From an uncultured Planctomycetaceae bacterium (GTDB taxonomy: Bacteria; Planctomycetota; Planctomycetia; Isosphaerales; Isosphaeraceae), in NCBI GenBank assembly GCA_963833985.1, contig CAWIAD010000002.1:5472001-5536000 (forward strand): DNA of 64,000 nt, given 5' to 3'. The notes under the pieces were generated by a model. It ran no database searches. It was not told the DNA's origin and was given only the letters and a program-made list of their open reading frames with translations. The stretch's first letter is position 1. Each line of letters opens with the position of its first letter. Of this stretch, positions 29,989 through 44,972 are shown piece by piece. Position numbers and translations under genes: made by a program.

Positions 29989-31935
29989 TCAGCCCTGTGA
30001 GGGCGCAAAGGGAAGAGCAGGAAGCTCCACGCCGTCGAGGATCTGGCGCATGCGGTTCCAGCCATGGAGCGCATCCTGGTTCCCCGGGTCGAGCCGGAGC
30101 GCTTCGGCATACTCCCTGGCCGCTTCCGTGGTCTTGCCGGCCCGTGCCAGGACGTGCCCCAGATAGAGGTGTCCGAAGGGTGCTTTCGGCTGCCGCCGGA
30201 CGATCGCCGCATACTGTTCGGCCGCCTCGGAGTAGCGGCCGGCCTCGAAGAGGGCCTTGCCCAGCAGGCCACGCGTGGGGATGTACTCGGGCCATCGCCA
30301 GGCGGCCACGCGCAGGGCGGCAATTGCCTCGTCACGCCTGCCACGCTGCCGCAGCGCATGGGCCAGGTTGGCATGCGCCTCCTGGTAATCGGGGCGCAGC
30401 CAGACGGCGCGCCGCAGCTCGGGGATGGCACTATCGAGGTCGCCCTCGCTCGCCTGCCAGGCACCAAGGTTGTTGTGCAGGTCGGCAACCTCGGCGCTGC
30501 CGTGCGCGATGGCTTGCGTCCAGAGCGTGCTCGAGTCCGTCCACGTCTGGCACTGCCGCCAGCTCAGGAACATGAGTGCGGCGATCCACGCCAGACCAGC
30601 GCCCAGGCAAGCCACGCGCCGCAGGGCGTACTCGCGGCGCCGGACTGGAACCGGAGCTGGAGCCAAGCCAGCCAGCGGCACAAGACCCAGGCCGCCACGA
30701 CGGCCCAGGGCATCATCGCCAGGTAGCTGTAGCGGTCTCCGATCACTTGCCGGCCGTAGGTGACCAAGCCGGACATCGGTGCCAGCAGCAGAAGATACGC
30801 AAGCCAGGCCGCACACCGTCCCGGGTGAGAATGCCGGGCATGGCAAAACCAGACGCTCACGGCAACCACGCCGATCATGCTCCAGAGGTACGCGGGCTGG
30901 GACCAGTCGAGCGGTTCCGGCCGCATGGGAAAGGCGTGCAGGTCCGCGGGCCAGAGCGTCTTGGCCAGGTAAAACCAGACCGAGTGGCACGCCAGCGCGA
31001 ACCGGCCAGGCACGCCGGCCCCCTGGACACCCAGGCCCACCAGCGTCCGGTCCGCACGCTTGGCCAGCATGGCCAGCACGCCGGCAGCCAGGCACAGCAG
31101 GACGAAGGGGACCTTCTCCAGCAGGACTTGCCGGCGAGTCGCTCCAGAAGGCTTTCCGCTGCTTGAGCCAAATCGCCGGAGCGGATACCAGTCCAGCACC
31201 AGCAGTACGCCGGGCAAGGCGAGCGATGCGGCCTTGAACAGCAGTGATGCCGCGAACAGCCCGATGGAGGCCATGAGCCAGTGCGCGCGCGCTCGTGAAC
31301 TCGTGCTCTGAACCGTCTCCTGGGCGCGCAGGTAAGCCAGCACGCTGAGCATGGCGGTCAGGGCGCAGGGCAGGTAGGCTTGCCCGGAGGCCCAGGCCAC
31401 CGGCTCCACGCGCAGGGGATGAACGGCAAATAGGGCCGCGGCCAGGCCCGCCGCCACGAAGCGGTCGCGCGGGCTCGATGGCACAGGCGCAGTGCGCAGG
31501 CTCGTCCCGGGTCTGGCAACACTCCAGCAGCCGGGCCGTGAGCACGTACAGGACGACGGCGCACGCCGCATGCAGGAAAAGGCTGGTCAGGTGGTAGCCG
31601 CGCGGGTTCAGGCCGCAGAGGGCGTACTCCAGCTCCGCCAGCATCCAGCTCAGCGGCTGGTACACGCCCATCCACAGGGTGGTCCAGGCCCAGCCAATCT
31701 GCTTGAGCCCCAGGCCCTGGTAGGCCGGGTTGCCCGGGAAGTTGTCTTGATCGTCCCAGGCGACGAACCCGTGATCCAGGATTCCCGCGAAGGCCACGAA
31801 AGTGACCAGGGCCACCCGGAACGAGATGCGCCAGGCGAGCCCCCGGTCGTTCCCGGTGAGCGGGGACGAGTCATGGAGGGGAGAAGACTTCGCAGAAGCA
31901 GCGGTGGCCGGTTCGCACGCCAGGAAAGTGCTCAT
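29989..31935 (-). CDS. TMTC-like GT-C membrane protein with C-terminal TPRs (frameshifts ~31480, ~30630)
   Basis: FVAWDD, YQPL, GYHLTSLFLH, FAVHPLRVEPVAW, EKVPF, DRYSYL, W.DS.TLW, TPRs. Confidence 0.85.
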   Translation of the reverse strand: MSTFLACEPATAASAKSSPLHDSSPLTGNDRGLAWRISFRVALVTFVAFAGILDHGFVAWDDQDNFPGNPAYQGLGLKQIGWAWTTLWMGVYQPLSWMLAELEYALCGLNPRGYHLTSLFLHAACAVVLYVLTARLLECCQTRDEPAHCACAIEPARPLRGGGPGRGPICRSSPARGAGGLGLRASLPALRPDRHAQRAGLPARPGDGSEHEFTSARALAHGLHRAVRGITAVQGRIARLARRTAGAGLVSAPAIWLKQRKAFWSDSPASPAGEGPLRPAVPGCRRAGHAGQACGPDAGGPGCPGGRRAWPVRAGVPLGLVLPGQDALARGPARLSHAAGTARLVPARVPLEHDRRGCRERLVLPCPAFSPGTVCGLACVSSAAGTDVRLGHLRPASDRRPLQLPGDDALGRRGGLGLVPLAGLAPAPVPVRRREYALRRVACLGAGLAWIAALMFLSWRQCQTWTDSSTLWTQAIAHGSAEVADLHNNLGAWQASEGDLDSAIPELRRAVWLRPDYQEAHANLAHALRQRGRRDEAIAALRVAAWRWPEYIPTRGLLGKALFEAGRYSEAAEQYAAIVRRQPKAPFGHLYLGHVLARAGKTTEAAREYAEALRLDPGNQDALHGWNRMRQILDGVELPALPFAPSQG

Positions 31936-32045
31936 CGCGAGGCTGTCATCCTTGCAGGAGGCGGGATCGACCGGTGACTGCCCGATCGATCCTCTACCTC
32001 TCTCTAGGACGGCTGCGGCCGCGCGTCAAACCCTTGCGCTGTCCA

Positions 32046-32112
32046 CCGGTTCACGGCTTCCGGTTCACGCACCAGCCGGTTCACGGCTTCCGGTTCACGG
32101 TTCACGCACCAG
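32046..32112. repeat. Imperfect 30-bp tandem duplication overlapping the stop codon of the Bcs1-like gene
   Basis: CCGGTTCACGGCTTCCGGTTCACGCACCAG about 2x; GGTTCACG occurs five times. Confidence 0.8.
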
Positions 32113-33447
32113 CACAGCCTGGTTGCGGTGTGCCGGATTCCCGACCTCGCGGAGCTGGTCGTCGAAATCGACCTCGTGGGCGGCCGCTTCGGGGGCACCC
32201 CGATGCCGCAGCAAGTGCTCCTGGATGGCCGCCATGCAGATCTTCCCGGCAGGCACCTGCGCGGCGAAGCGATCGGCCAGGGCTTCCAGCCTGGGCGCGG
32301 CCATCTCGGAGTCCTGGTAGAACCAGAGAAAGAGCCGCCGCGCCTGCTCGGGCAGCGCGTGCCCGAGCTCGACCCGGAGATCCACGCGCCCCGGGCGAAT
32401 GAGCGCAGGGTCGAGCCGCTCGGGATGGTTCGTGGTGAGGAACAGCACCCGGCCCTCCCGCGAGCTCACTCCATCAAGGGCATTGAGCAATCCGCTCAAG
32501 GTCACGCCCGTCTGCTCGTTGGTCAAGCGTTCGCTCTTGAACACGCAGTCCACGTCCTCGATGAGCAGCACGGTCGCCGGGGGCAAGGCATCGACGAGGC
32601 TGCGCAATGCATCGTCCGAGAGCACCCGGTTGCTCAGGCTGAGCACGGCCACCGACAGGTTCAGCTCGCCCGCGACGGCCAGGACCAGGGTGGTCTTGCC
32701 ATTTCCGGGTGCCCCGTGCAGCAGATACCCCCGGCGATGGGGAACCCCGCGCTGGACGTACCAGGCCCGGGAATCATAGAACGACCGCAGGTCCTTGAGC
32801 AGCTCCTCGAGGATACCGTCGGCCAGCACCAGGGATTCGAGCGGCCGGCGCGGCTGCCATGACGTGGTTTCCCAGCTCTCATACCGCGCCGTGAGGATGT
32901 TCACCCCGGGCGTTCCCGGGCAGGCCAGCGCTCGCGACTCGGTCAGAAGCTGCTCGACCAAGGCACGCGAGCCGCCGAAGACCTGGAGCGACAGGGTTTC
33001 CTGGAACGTTCGGGAATTACCGTTTTGCAGGTCGCGCCGGCTCCGGTGCAGCAGCACCAGGCGCCGCTGGTAGAACATCAGGTGCACGCCAGGCGCCGGC
33101 GAGAGCAGGAACTTGACGCGGGATGAGGGACCCGTCGCTGCGCTGTCTTCCGGATCGAACACGACGGCCGCGTCGGTTTCGGCATCCGCCGGAATCCACG
33201 TGGTCGCCAGGCTGAGATCCCTGGCCCGCCGCGCGTACGGCTGTGCGGCTAGCCAGACCTGGAGCCAGCGAAATGCCGGATCGCGGTCCGGGATCTCGAT
33301 CGTGATCGACAGCCGGCGCTGCAAGAACGTCCAGGCCTGTGCCGGTAGCTTGCGCAGCAGGGCCGCGACCGCGCCGATCACCATCAGCGACAGTCCACCA
33401 GAGAAAAAAGCGTTCTGGTTCAGCGTTTCAAGCAGATGTTGAATCAT
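32095..33447 (-). CDS. Bcs1-like AAA+ ATPase (TM + BCS1_N-like + AAA)
   Basis: N-terminal TM; SPAPGVH; RGVPHRRGYLLHGAPGNGKT, LLIEDVD, VTLSGLLNALDGV, TTNHPERLDPALIRPGRVD. Confidence 0.88.
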   Translation of the reverse strand: MIQHLLETLNQNAFFSGGLSLMVIGAVAALLRKLPAQAWTFLQRRLSITIEIPDRDPAFRWLQVWLAAQPYARRARDLSLATTWIPADAETDAAVVFDPEDSAATGPSSRVKFLLSPAPGVHLMFYQRRLVLLHRSRRDLQNGNSRTFQETLSLQVFGGSRALVEQLLTESRALACPGTPGVNILTARYESWETTSWQPRRPLESLVLADGILEELLKDLRSFYDSRAWYVQRGVPHRRGYLLHGAPGNGKTTLVLAVAGELNLSVAVLSLSNRVLSDDALRSLVDALPPATVLLIEDVDCVFKSERLTNEQTGVTLSGLLNALDGVSSREGRVLFLTTNHPERLDPALIRPGRVDLRVELGHALPEQARRLFLWFYQDSEMAAPRLEALADRFAAQVPAGKICMAAIQEHLLRHRGAPEAAAHEVDFDDQLREVGNPAHRNQAVLVREP

Positions 33448-33621
33448 GTCAGGCCAGGACGCGCTGGCGTCCGATGCAAGCGCCCGGCGAAGCCGGGCCA
33501 GGAAAACCCACGACCACCCCAATCGGTCACAGGGAATAATAGCCAGGTTCGCGCGATTTCAAGTGAGGTTCCGCGGCCAGAAGCGGCACAGGTGACAGAA
33601 GACGGGGCACGGTCGACCCGG

Positions 33622-34908
33622 TCAGGGTCCGCGATGAATCACCCCGCCCTTCATCACCAGGCGCACCTTGCGCAGCGCGGAGATGTCGCGTGCGGGGTCG
33701 CCCTCCACCACAACCAGGTCCGCGAGCAGGCCGGCCTTGACGGCTCCCAGCCGGTGATCCAGGCGGAGCACGCGGGCCGCCGTTGCGGTGGCAGCCTGCA
33801 AGGCCTCCGCGGGCTTCATGCCGAAGGAGACCATGAGCTCCAGCTCCCGCGCTCCTTCACCATGTGCGAAGACGCCCATGTCGCTGCCGTTGACAATGGT
33901 CACGCCTGCCTCGCGAGCCTGCTGGAAGAGGTTCCGCAGCCTGGCAAGCGCCGGGGGTTCGGGATCGACGCCAATCCGCCGGGCGCGATAATGCGTGGCC
34001 GAGACCTCAGTCGCGGTCAAGGTCGGGCAGAGTGCCACGCCACGCCGGGCCATCAGGCGAAACACCTCGGGGTCGCCGCCGTAACCGTGTTCGATGGTTG
34101 CCACACCAGCCTCGGCGGCCCGGATCATCCCTTCGCGGGAGGAGGCGTGCGCCGCGACCGGAATACCGCTGGATTGTGCCGTCTCGACGATCAGCGCCAG
34201 CTCCTCGCGGGAGAACGAGGGCCACACTTCCTTGCCGCCCATGGCCGTATCCGCATAGACCTTGATCCAGTCTGCGCCACGGCCAATCTGGTCGCGGACC
34301 ACGCGGATCAGGGCGTCGTGCCCGTCGGCCTCCTCGGCGCCCTGCGGGATATGCCATTCGGGTGCGAACCCCTTGGGCGCATAGGACCCCGTCGCCACGA
34401 TCGCCCGCGTGGTGACAATCAGCCGCGGCCCCGGGATGATCCCCTGCTCGACGGCCTGCTTGAGTCCCACGTCCGCGTAACCGGCCCCTTCAGTGCCCAG
34501 GTCGCGGAGCGTGGTGAAACCCGACAGCAGGTTGCTTTTCAGGTGATTGACCGCCCGGCAGACCCGCAGCGCCTGGGGTTCCTTGAGCACCTGATCATTC
34601 CATACGGCCTCATTGTACGGATGCAGCAGCACGTGCGTATGCGCATCGATCAGCCCCGGCAGGAGTGTCGTTCCAGGCAGCTCGACAACCTTTGCTCCCT
34701 CCGGCGCTTTCAGCTCGTCCGCTGGCCCAACTGCCTCGATCTTCTGTCCCCGCACCAGTACCGCCCACTTCACATGGGGCTCCGCGTCCAGTCCGTCGAA
34801 GACCCGGTCCGGGCGCAGCAGAAAGTCGTGCGCGAAGCCAGTGATCTGACTGTTGAGCCCCGCGAGCAGTGTGATGATGAAGACAGCAAGCGGCAAGCGG
34901 CTTTGCAT
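33622..34908 (-). CDS. Secreted amidohydrolase-superfamily metal hydrolase (Xaa-Pro dipeptidase-like)
   Basis: [36 protein letters not shown]. Confidence 0.9.
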   Translation of the reverse strand: MQSRLPLAVFIITLLAGLNSQITGFAHDFLLRPDRVFDGLDAEPHVKWAVLVRGQKIEAVGPADELKAPEGAKVVELPGTTLLPGLIDAHTHVLLHPYNEAVWNDQVLKEPQALRVCRAVNHLKSNLLSGFTTLRDLGTEGAGYADVGLKQAVEQGIIPGPRLIVTTRAIVATGSYAPKGFAPEWHIPQGAEEADGHDALIRVVRDQIGRGADWIKVYADTAMGGKEVWPSFSREELALIVETAQSSGIPVAAHASSREGMIRAAEAGVATIEHGYGGDPEVFRLMARRGVALCPTLTATEVSATHYRARRIGVDPEPPALARLRNLFQQAREAGVTIVNGSDMGVFAHGEGARELELMVSFGMKPAEALQAATATAARVLRLDHRLGAVKAGLLADLVVVEGDPARDISALRKVRLVMKGGVIHRGP

Positions 34909-34978
34909 GGATATCGACCACCGAAGAAGGGTACGTTCGTGACCGGGCTCCTTACCTCAGATCTCATGCGGCGTCCGG

Positions 34979-39598
<4,620 letters not shown>

Positions 39599-39800
39599 GA
39601 GACGGCCGTCCTGATACTGGTGCGTGACCGAGATTCGTGCCGGGGCGGGCGCTGAGGATTCGATCCCCAGCGCGATCGAGGCCCATTGTGCAGGCTGTTC
39701 AACAAGAATTCAATCAGCGTCCTTACCTGCTGCCCGGGTTTCCGAGGAGGGTTTCGTGGTGCCGGCCGAGATTGCGGGAGACGCTTTGCATGCCCCTGCC

Positions 39801-41189
39801 TCACTCGGCCATGACACCCGCGAGCGTGAATTCGCCGCGGCCCAGCTCGGCCGCCTTGAGACGCCAGGCGCGCAGCAGGTAGAGGCCCGACGCGCCCAGG
39901 CCCAGGGCAAGGCCGATCCAGAGCCCCCTGATGCCGTAGCCGCCCGTGAACGCCAGTACGTACCCCAGGGGCAAGCCGATGACCCAGTGGGCCACCAGGT
40001 TGGCGGCCATCGGCGTACGGGTGTCTCCGGCGCCCCGCATCGTTCCCGTAGAAACTCCTTGAAGTCCATCGAAGAGCTGGAACGCCGCCGCCACGACCAT
40101 GAGCGACGCGGCCGTGCGGACGATCGCCGGATCGGTCGTGAACAGCGAGGCCAGTGGTGCCGGCATGGTGGCCATGATGGTGCCCGACGCCGCCATGAAG
40201 CTGACGCCCAGGGCCACAGCCATCCAGCCGGCGCGGCCCGCGGCATCCGGCTCGCCCTGCCCGAGCGCCTGGCCCACGCGGACGGCTCCGGCGGATGCAA
40301 GGCCCAGAGGAATCATGAACGTCACGCTCGACACGTCGAGCACGATGTGGTGCGCCGCCAGGTCAACCGGGTCGAGCATGCCCGCCAGTACGGTCGCCGC
40401 GGCGAATACGCCCACCTCCAGCGTCACGTGAACGGCAGCCGGCGTGCCCAGCACCAGAAGCTGATAGACCTGGCCGAGGTGAGGCCGCAGCGATGCGTGG
40501 AACAGGCCCGTTCTATAACGCCACTCGTGGTAAATGACGTAAACCACCAGGACCAGGGCCATGTAAACGCGCGCGATCGTGGTGGCCCAGCCCGTTCCCG
40601 TGACGCCCAGCGCTGGTACACCCAGGTGACCGTTCATCAAGATCCAGTCGCCGAGGATGTTGATGCCGTTTGCGGTCACCAGTGCGAACATGACCGGCTT
40701 GATGATCCCCATACCCTGCAAGTAGCGCCTCAGGGCGGCATAGATGAACAGCGGGATCGTGCCCCAGATCAGGGCCCGCAGGAATGGCACGGCCCGGGCG
40801 ACGACCGCGGGATGGACACCCAGGAGGCCGAGAGAGGGAATCCCCACCCAGAGCAGCAGCATGATCGGCGGTACGGTCAGCAAGCAGAGATAGAGTGCCT
40901 GCACAAGCCAGCGGTGGCAATCGTCCAGCCGACCGGCCCCATGAGCCTGTGAGACCAGCGTATCGAGCCCGAGCAGGAGGCCCAGGCCGAAGATCGTTAC
41001 CGAGAAGTACAGGGCGCTGCCCAGGCTCACAGCGCCGATGGCCTCCGCCCCGAGCCGGCCCACGAAGAGCGTGTCCACGATGCCCATGGCCATCCAGCCC
41101 AGCTCGGCCAGGATGACCGGACAGGCTAAAGTGATCATCGACTTCAGCTCGCCGCGGGCACCGTGGCATGAACGGTCCATGTCATCCAT
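39801..41189 (-). CDS. MATE family efflux transporter (NorM-like)
   Basis: LACPVILAEL...DTLFVGRLG, LDTLVSQAHG, FQLFDGLQ, RGAGDTR. Confidence 0.93.
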   Translation of the reverse strand: MDDMDRSCHGARGELKSMITLACPVILAELGWMAMGIVDTLFVGRLGAEAIGAVSLGSALYFSVTIFGLGLLLGLDTLVSQAHGAGRLDDCHRWLVQALYLCLLTVPPIMLLLWVGIPSLGLLGVHPAVVARAVPFLRALIWGTIPLFIYAALRRYLQGMGIIKPVMFALVTANGINILGDWILMNGHLGVPALGVTGTGWATTIARVYMALVLVVYVIYHEWRYRTGLFHASLRPHLGQVYQLLVLGTPAAVHVTLEVGVFAAATVLAGMLDPVDLAAHHIVLDVSSVTFMIPLGLASAGAVRVGQALGQGEPDAAGRAGWMAVALGVSFMAASGTIMATMPAPLASLFTTDPAIVRTAASLMVVAAAFQLFDGLQGVSTGTMRGAGDTRTPMAANLVAHWVIGLPLGYVLAFTGGYGIRGLWIGLALGLGASGLYLLRAWRLKAAELGRGEFTLAGVMAE

Positions 41190-41398
41190 TCCTCACACCA
41201 ACCGCAGCTAGCCAATCTGGACCTGGCTTCCAGCAGAAACGCCTGCGGACTCGGATTTCGCCTGATGTCGGAAACCGACTTGCATATAGTATAGGAATCC
41301 CGTTCTGCGGGAACGGATCCACCGTCTTGATGAGACGACCGCTGCATGATGGCGGTCCATCAACAGGGAACGAGCCAGAGAAACCGACAGGGCCGGCC

Positions 41399-41908
41399 AT
41401 GATGACGTCATTCCATAATAACCCGACTCCCGCTCAACCCGAGCCCCAGGTGGAAACTGACAGCCGTTTCCCCTCGGGACCCTGGTGCGGTTTCTTCCTG
41501 ATGTCTCACCTCCCCGGCCGGCACGCGATGGAGCTGCACCTGACGTTCCGCCAGGGGGTGATGACGGGTGAAGGCCGTGACCTGATCGGCCCCTTTCTGA
41601 TCCGTGGCCGATACCAGGTGGAGGACGGCCAGTGCTGGTGGAGCAAGCGGTATCTCGGCAAGCACGACGTCTCCTATCGCGGCTACAACGAAGGCAAAGG
41701 CATCTGGGGCCTCTGGGAGATTCCCCCAAGCTGGAAGGGGGGCTTCCACATCTGGCCAGAGGCCATGGGCGATCCCACGCGGCAGAAGCTCTCCGAGGCG
41801 ATTGACGAGCCGCTGGAGACGGACACGCAGGCGCAAGTCGAAGTGGAAGCCGGCACGGCCGTCGGGGTCGGTGCGGAGGCCGGTGAGCTGGCGACCGTTG
41901 GCGCCTGA
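41399..41908 (+). CDS. Hypothetical Trp/Gly-rich beta protein
   Basis: FPSGPWCGFF...GEGRD.IGPF...GIWGLW; coding-like composition. Confidence 0.7.
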   Translation: MMTSFHNNPTPAQPEPQVETDSRFPSGPWCGFFLMSHLPGRHAMELHLTFRQGVMTGEGRDLIGPFLIRGRYQVEDGQCWWSKRYLGKHDVSYRGYNEGKGIWGLWEIPPSWKGGFHIWPEAMGDPTRQKLSEAIDEPLETDTQAQVEVEAGTAVGVGAEAGELATVGA

Positions 41909-41979
41909 GCGTACTGGAACCGCCGTCGGCGCCTGAGCCTGCTGGCACCCACGTCGGCGCCTGAGCCTGCTGAAACCGC
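41896..41979. repeat. 28-bp tandem repeat x3 overlapping the stop codon
   Basis: CGT(T/C)GGCGCCTGAGC... units start at 41896, 41924, 41952. Confidence 0.85.
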
Positions 41980-42028
41980 GGCTGTGTCGAAATCGCGGCG
42001 GTCCGGGTGTTTTGCGCCGGCCGATCCC

Positions 42029-42979
42029 TCACCGCTCGGCAGCGGCCTGGAGCCGTTTCCTCATGGTGATCGAGTTGCCGGCCGGGTTGAACGCAACCTC
42101 GTCCATGAACGTGCGGATCAGCAGCAGGCCGCGGCCGCCGATCTTGACCATGTCTTCATCCTCGACCGGCCTGTCGAACCGGGCCGTATCGAAACCGGGC
42201 CCCTCGTCGTCGACCACGAATGTCGCGGCCCGGTGATCGATACAGATGACCACATGGATGCGCCGCGATGCATAGGGCTCCTGCACGCGGCGGGCCTCCG
42301 CTTCCTGGAAGAATCGCTGCTCGTCCTCCTGCCGGAGTTCGGAGCTGACCTCCAGATTGCCGTGAAACAACGCATTGGTGAGCGCTTCCTGGAGGGCGAT
42401 GCTCAGCCGGATCCGTCCCATGTGATCCAGCAGACCCAGCCCGTCCAGCTCTTCCCGCACCAGGTCGAGCAGCGAGGCAATCAGGTTGGGGTCATTCTCC
42501 AGCGAAAAGGCGGATTCGCGGCGTTGCAAGCACTGCATGAGCTGCCGGCGCTGGCGGTCGCAGGCCGAGCAGCGCAGGACGCTTCTGACCGTCTCCGCCA
42601 GGTCGCGCGCCAGGTCTTTCTTGGGGATGTAGTTCGCGGCACCCGCCCGTAGTGCCCGCATTGCGGCTTCCTCGCTGCCGAATGCGGTCATGACGATCAT
42701 GGGGATGGACGGAAAGCGAGTGCGCACCTGATGCACCAGTTGCACGCCGTCCATGTCGGGCATGATCAGGTCGGTGACGATGACGTCCGGCACTTCACGG
42801 TCGAGCGTCCGCAGGGCTTCGGTGCCACTGCTGGCGAAGATCAGCCGTAATCCGGGTACGGCGTCGAGGAGTCGTCCGATGACCTGGTGATCAAATAATG
42901 AGTCGTCCACAACCAGCACGGTAGCCGGCAGTGTGTTCGCAACCACACCGGGGACTGGCGTCATGTCAGCCTGGATCAT
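42029..42979 (-). CDS. Response regulator receiver fused to RsbW-like HATPase_c domain
   Basis: VLVVDDS, TDLIMPDMDG, MTAFG, YIPK; EALTNALFHGN, DEGPGF, GGRGL. Confidence 0.9.
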   Translation of the reverse strand: MIQADMTPVPGVVANTLPATVLVVDDSLFDHQVIGRLLDAVPGLRLIFASSGTEALRTLDREVPDVIVTDLIMPDMDGVQLVHQVRTRFPSIPMIVMTAFGSEEAAMRALRAGAANYIPKKDLARDLAETVRSVLRCSACDRQRRQLMQCLQRRESAFSLENDPNLIASLLDLVREELDGLGLLDHMGRIRLSIALQEALTNALFHGNLEVSSELRQEDEQRFFQEAEARRVQEPYASRRIHVVICIDHRAATFVVDDEGPGFDTARFDRPVEDEDMVKIGGRGLLLIRTFMDEVAFNPAGNSITMRKRLQAAAER

Positions 42980-43115
42980 CGACGCTCGGGGAAGTACCGT
43001 CTTGCCAGCAATCCTCCCGCAAGGCGATCACCCTACCACAAACGCCCCCTGAACTTCATCGTCATTCTGCGGGGAAGCCCAGGGCCGCGGGGCAGCCCAC
43101 GGTGGCCATGGGCGT

Positions 43116-44541
43116 TCACCAGAGCAAGTGCGTCCAGTTCCGGCGACAGGCCGCCGGAGTCTCGCCGCGCAGCCAGCGCCTCAGGTCGTGGGCGAGCTCC
43201 TCGACACGACACGTAACGCTCGTCCGGCTGCTTGGCCATGGCCTTCCGGCAGATCGCGCTGAGGGGCCTGGGAATGCGCGGGTCCAGCGTTCGCGGCGAC
43301 GGCGGATCGTGATGAACGGCGTGCAGGAGCACGGACGAGGGTGTACCGAAGAACGGCGGCTGGCCGCAAAGCATCTCGTACAGCACGGTACCCAGGCTGT
43401 ACTGATCGCTGGACGGCAAGACCAGGGCGCTGCCACCATGGGCCAGCTCGGGAGCCAGATAGGCAGGCGTGCCCAGGATGGTTCCCGGTGGCGTGGGAAC
43501 TTCACCGGAATCGGGCAGGTAGGCAATCCCGAAGTCCATCAGGTAGGCTTCATCCAGCGGGTCGATCCGGACATTGGCCGGTTTCACGTCTCGGTGGATG
43601 ATGCCCATCCCGTGTGCATGAGCCAGCGCTTCGGCGAGCTCGGCGACGATCCTCGCGCTTTCCTCGAAGAGGAGGGGTTTCTCCGCAATGCGTTCCGCCA
43701 GGCTGCGGCCCTCGATCAGGGCCATCGCGATGTAATGGGAGTCTCCATCGCGGCCGGCTTCGAAGACCGGCACGATGCGCGGATGATGCAGCCGCGCCAG
43801 GGCGCGGGCCTCGCTGAGGAAGCGTTCCAGGGCCCGGGCGGAGGCACCGGCTCGCGGCCGGCGCAGCTTGAGTGCCACCTGACGCTCCAGGAAGGGATCG
43901 AACGCGCGGTAGACCGTGGCATGGTGCCCTTCGCCCAGCACGTCGAGGATTTCGAACCGGCTTAGCCTCCAGGCCGTGCGCCGTGCCAGTGCGTGCTGCT
44001 TGCCGCTCGGCTTGCCGCCTGTGCTCCGGGCCCTGGCCACTGATTCCGGCGCGCTGGGGGGTGGCGCCATCGCGTTGACCGGTGCATCGCAGTGTGAGAA
44101 ATCGTCCGGATCAAACGGCGCGACGTAGATCTCTCCACTTTCGGGAAGGTTGCAATCCGCCGGGACTGGCAAACTCCACGACTCTTCGGCAACTGAGTCA
44201 AATCCCGCGATGGCAAACTCACTGCTTTCCCCGATGGCGCTTCTCGACCCCCGCGAGATCACCCCGATCGCGGCTTCTGTGGTGCGGCTCCAGGTGAGCG
44301 ATGGCTCACTCTGCGGATGCGTGTGCAGTGCGCCGACACCAACCTCACCACGGGCCTGGGGGGTGTAGCGCCGGGGTAAAGGGCCAAGCACGCGGGTCCA
44401 GCCCGAGTCAACACCGCTCGCCTCGGTCGTGGGAAGCTTCGTCAGGCAACGCGGGCATCGGAAGACCCGGCCAAGCGGGTCCTCCCCAAATTGCGATGTC
44501 CGCCCGCATGAGGGGTTCGGGCATCGTATCACCCGTGCCAT
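43116..44541 (-). CDS. Ser/Thr kinase with N-terminal Zn ribbon (frameshift ~43208)
   Basis: CPNPSC...CPRC; GEGHHATV, HRDVKPAN, DFG, YLAPE; shifted frame ends ELAHDLRRWLRGE...LW*. Confidence 0.85.
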
Positions 44542-44972
44542 CAGGAGCCTCCCTTATCGACCCTGCCTCCAGACCGCCACTCGGTACCTGTGCCGGACCG
44601 GCACACGTTGCAGGAACGGGTATTTATTTCTAACCATATCCTGGGAATTTATAGTGTGCTCGGACTCATCGCAAGAACAGATACCCACAGAATTCCCATC
44701 ACAGAAGACAACTCCTGGCATTCTCGACACGGACTGTGCAGTTCGCCTACAACAAGCAGCTTGACGCGAACGGCAAACTTTTCCTGGAAAGGAATTGTTT
44801 GATTCCTTGATGAAACGGATGCATGGCTGACAATCAGGAAGGGCCTGGCAAAGGGCGGCGGCGCCCGGGTTCAGGGGCAATCAAAGGGCTGCCTAGTGTT
44901 GCTCTCGCAACAGTTCCGCGCCCCGGGGTAAACTCGCTCCGCAGAATCATTCCCTTGGGTAGTCTCCAGGCC

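Noticed and set aside
32046..32112. Possible CRISPR or att site
   Set aside because: Plain tandem duplication; no spacers, integrase or tRNA
41896..41979. Possible mini-CRISPR array
   Set aside because: Units are contiguous with no unique spacers; no cas genes
44542..44972. trp attenuator or ncRNA upstream of trpC
   Set aside because: No Trp-rich leader peptide, terminator or recognisable RNA family; likely divergent promoters
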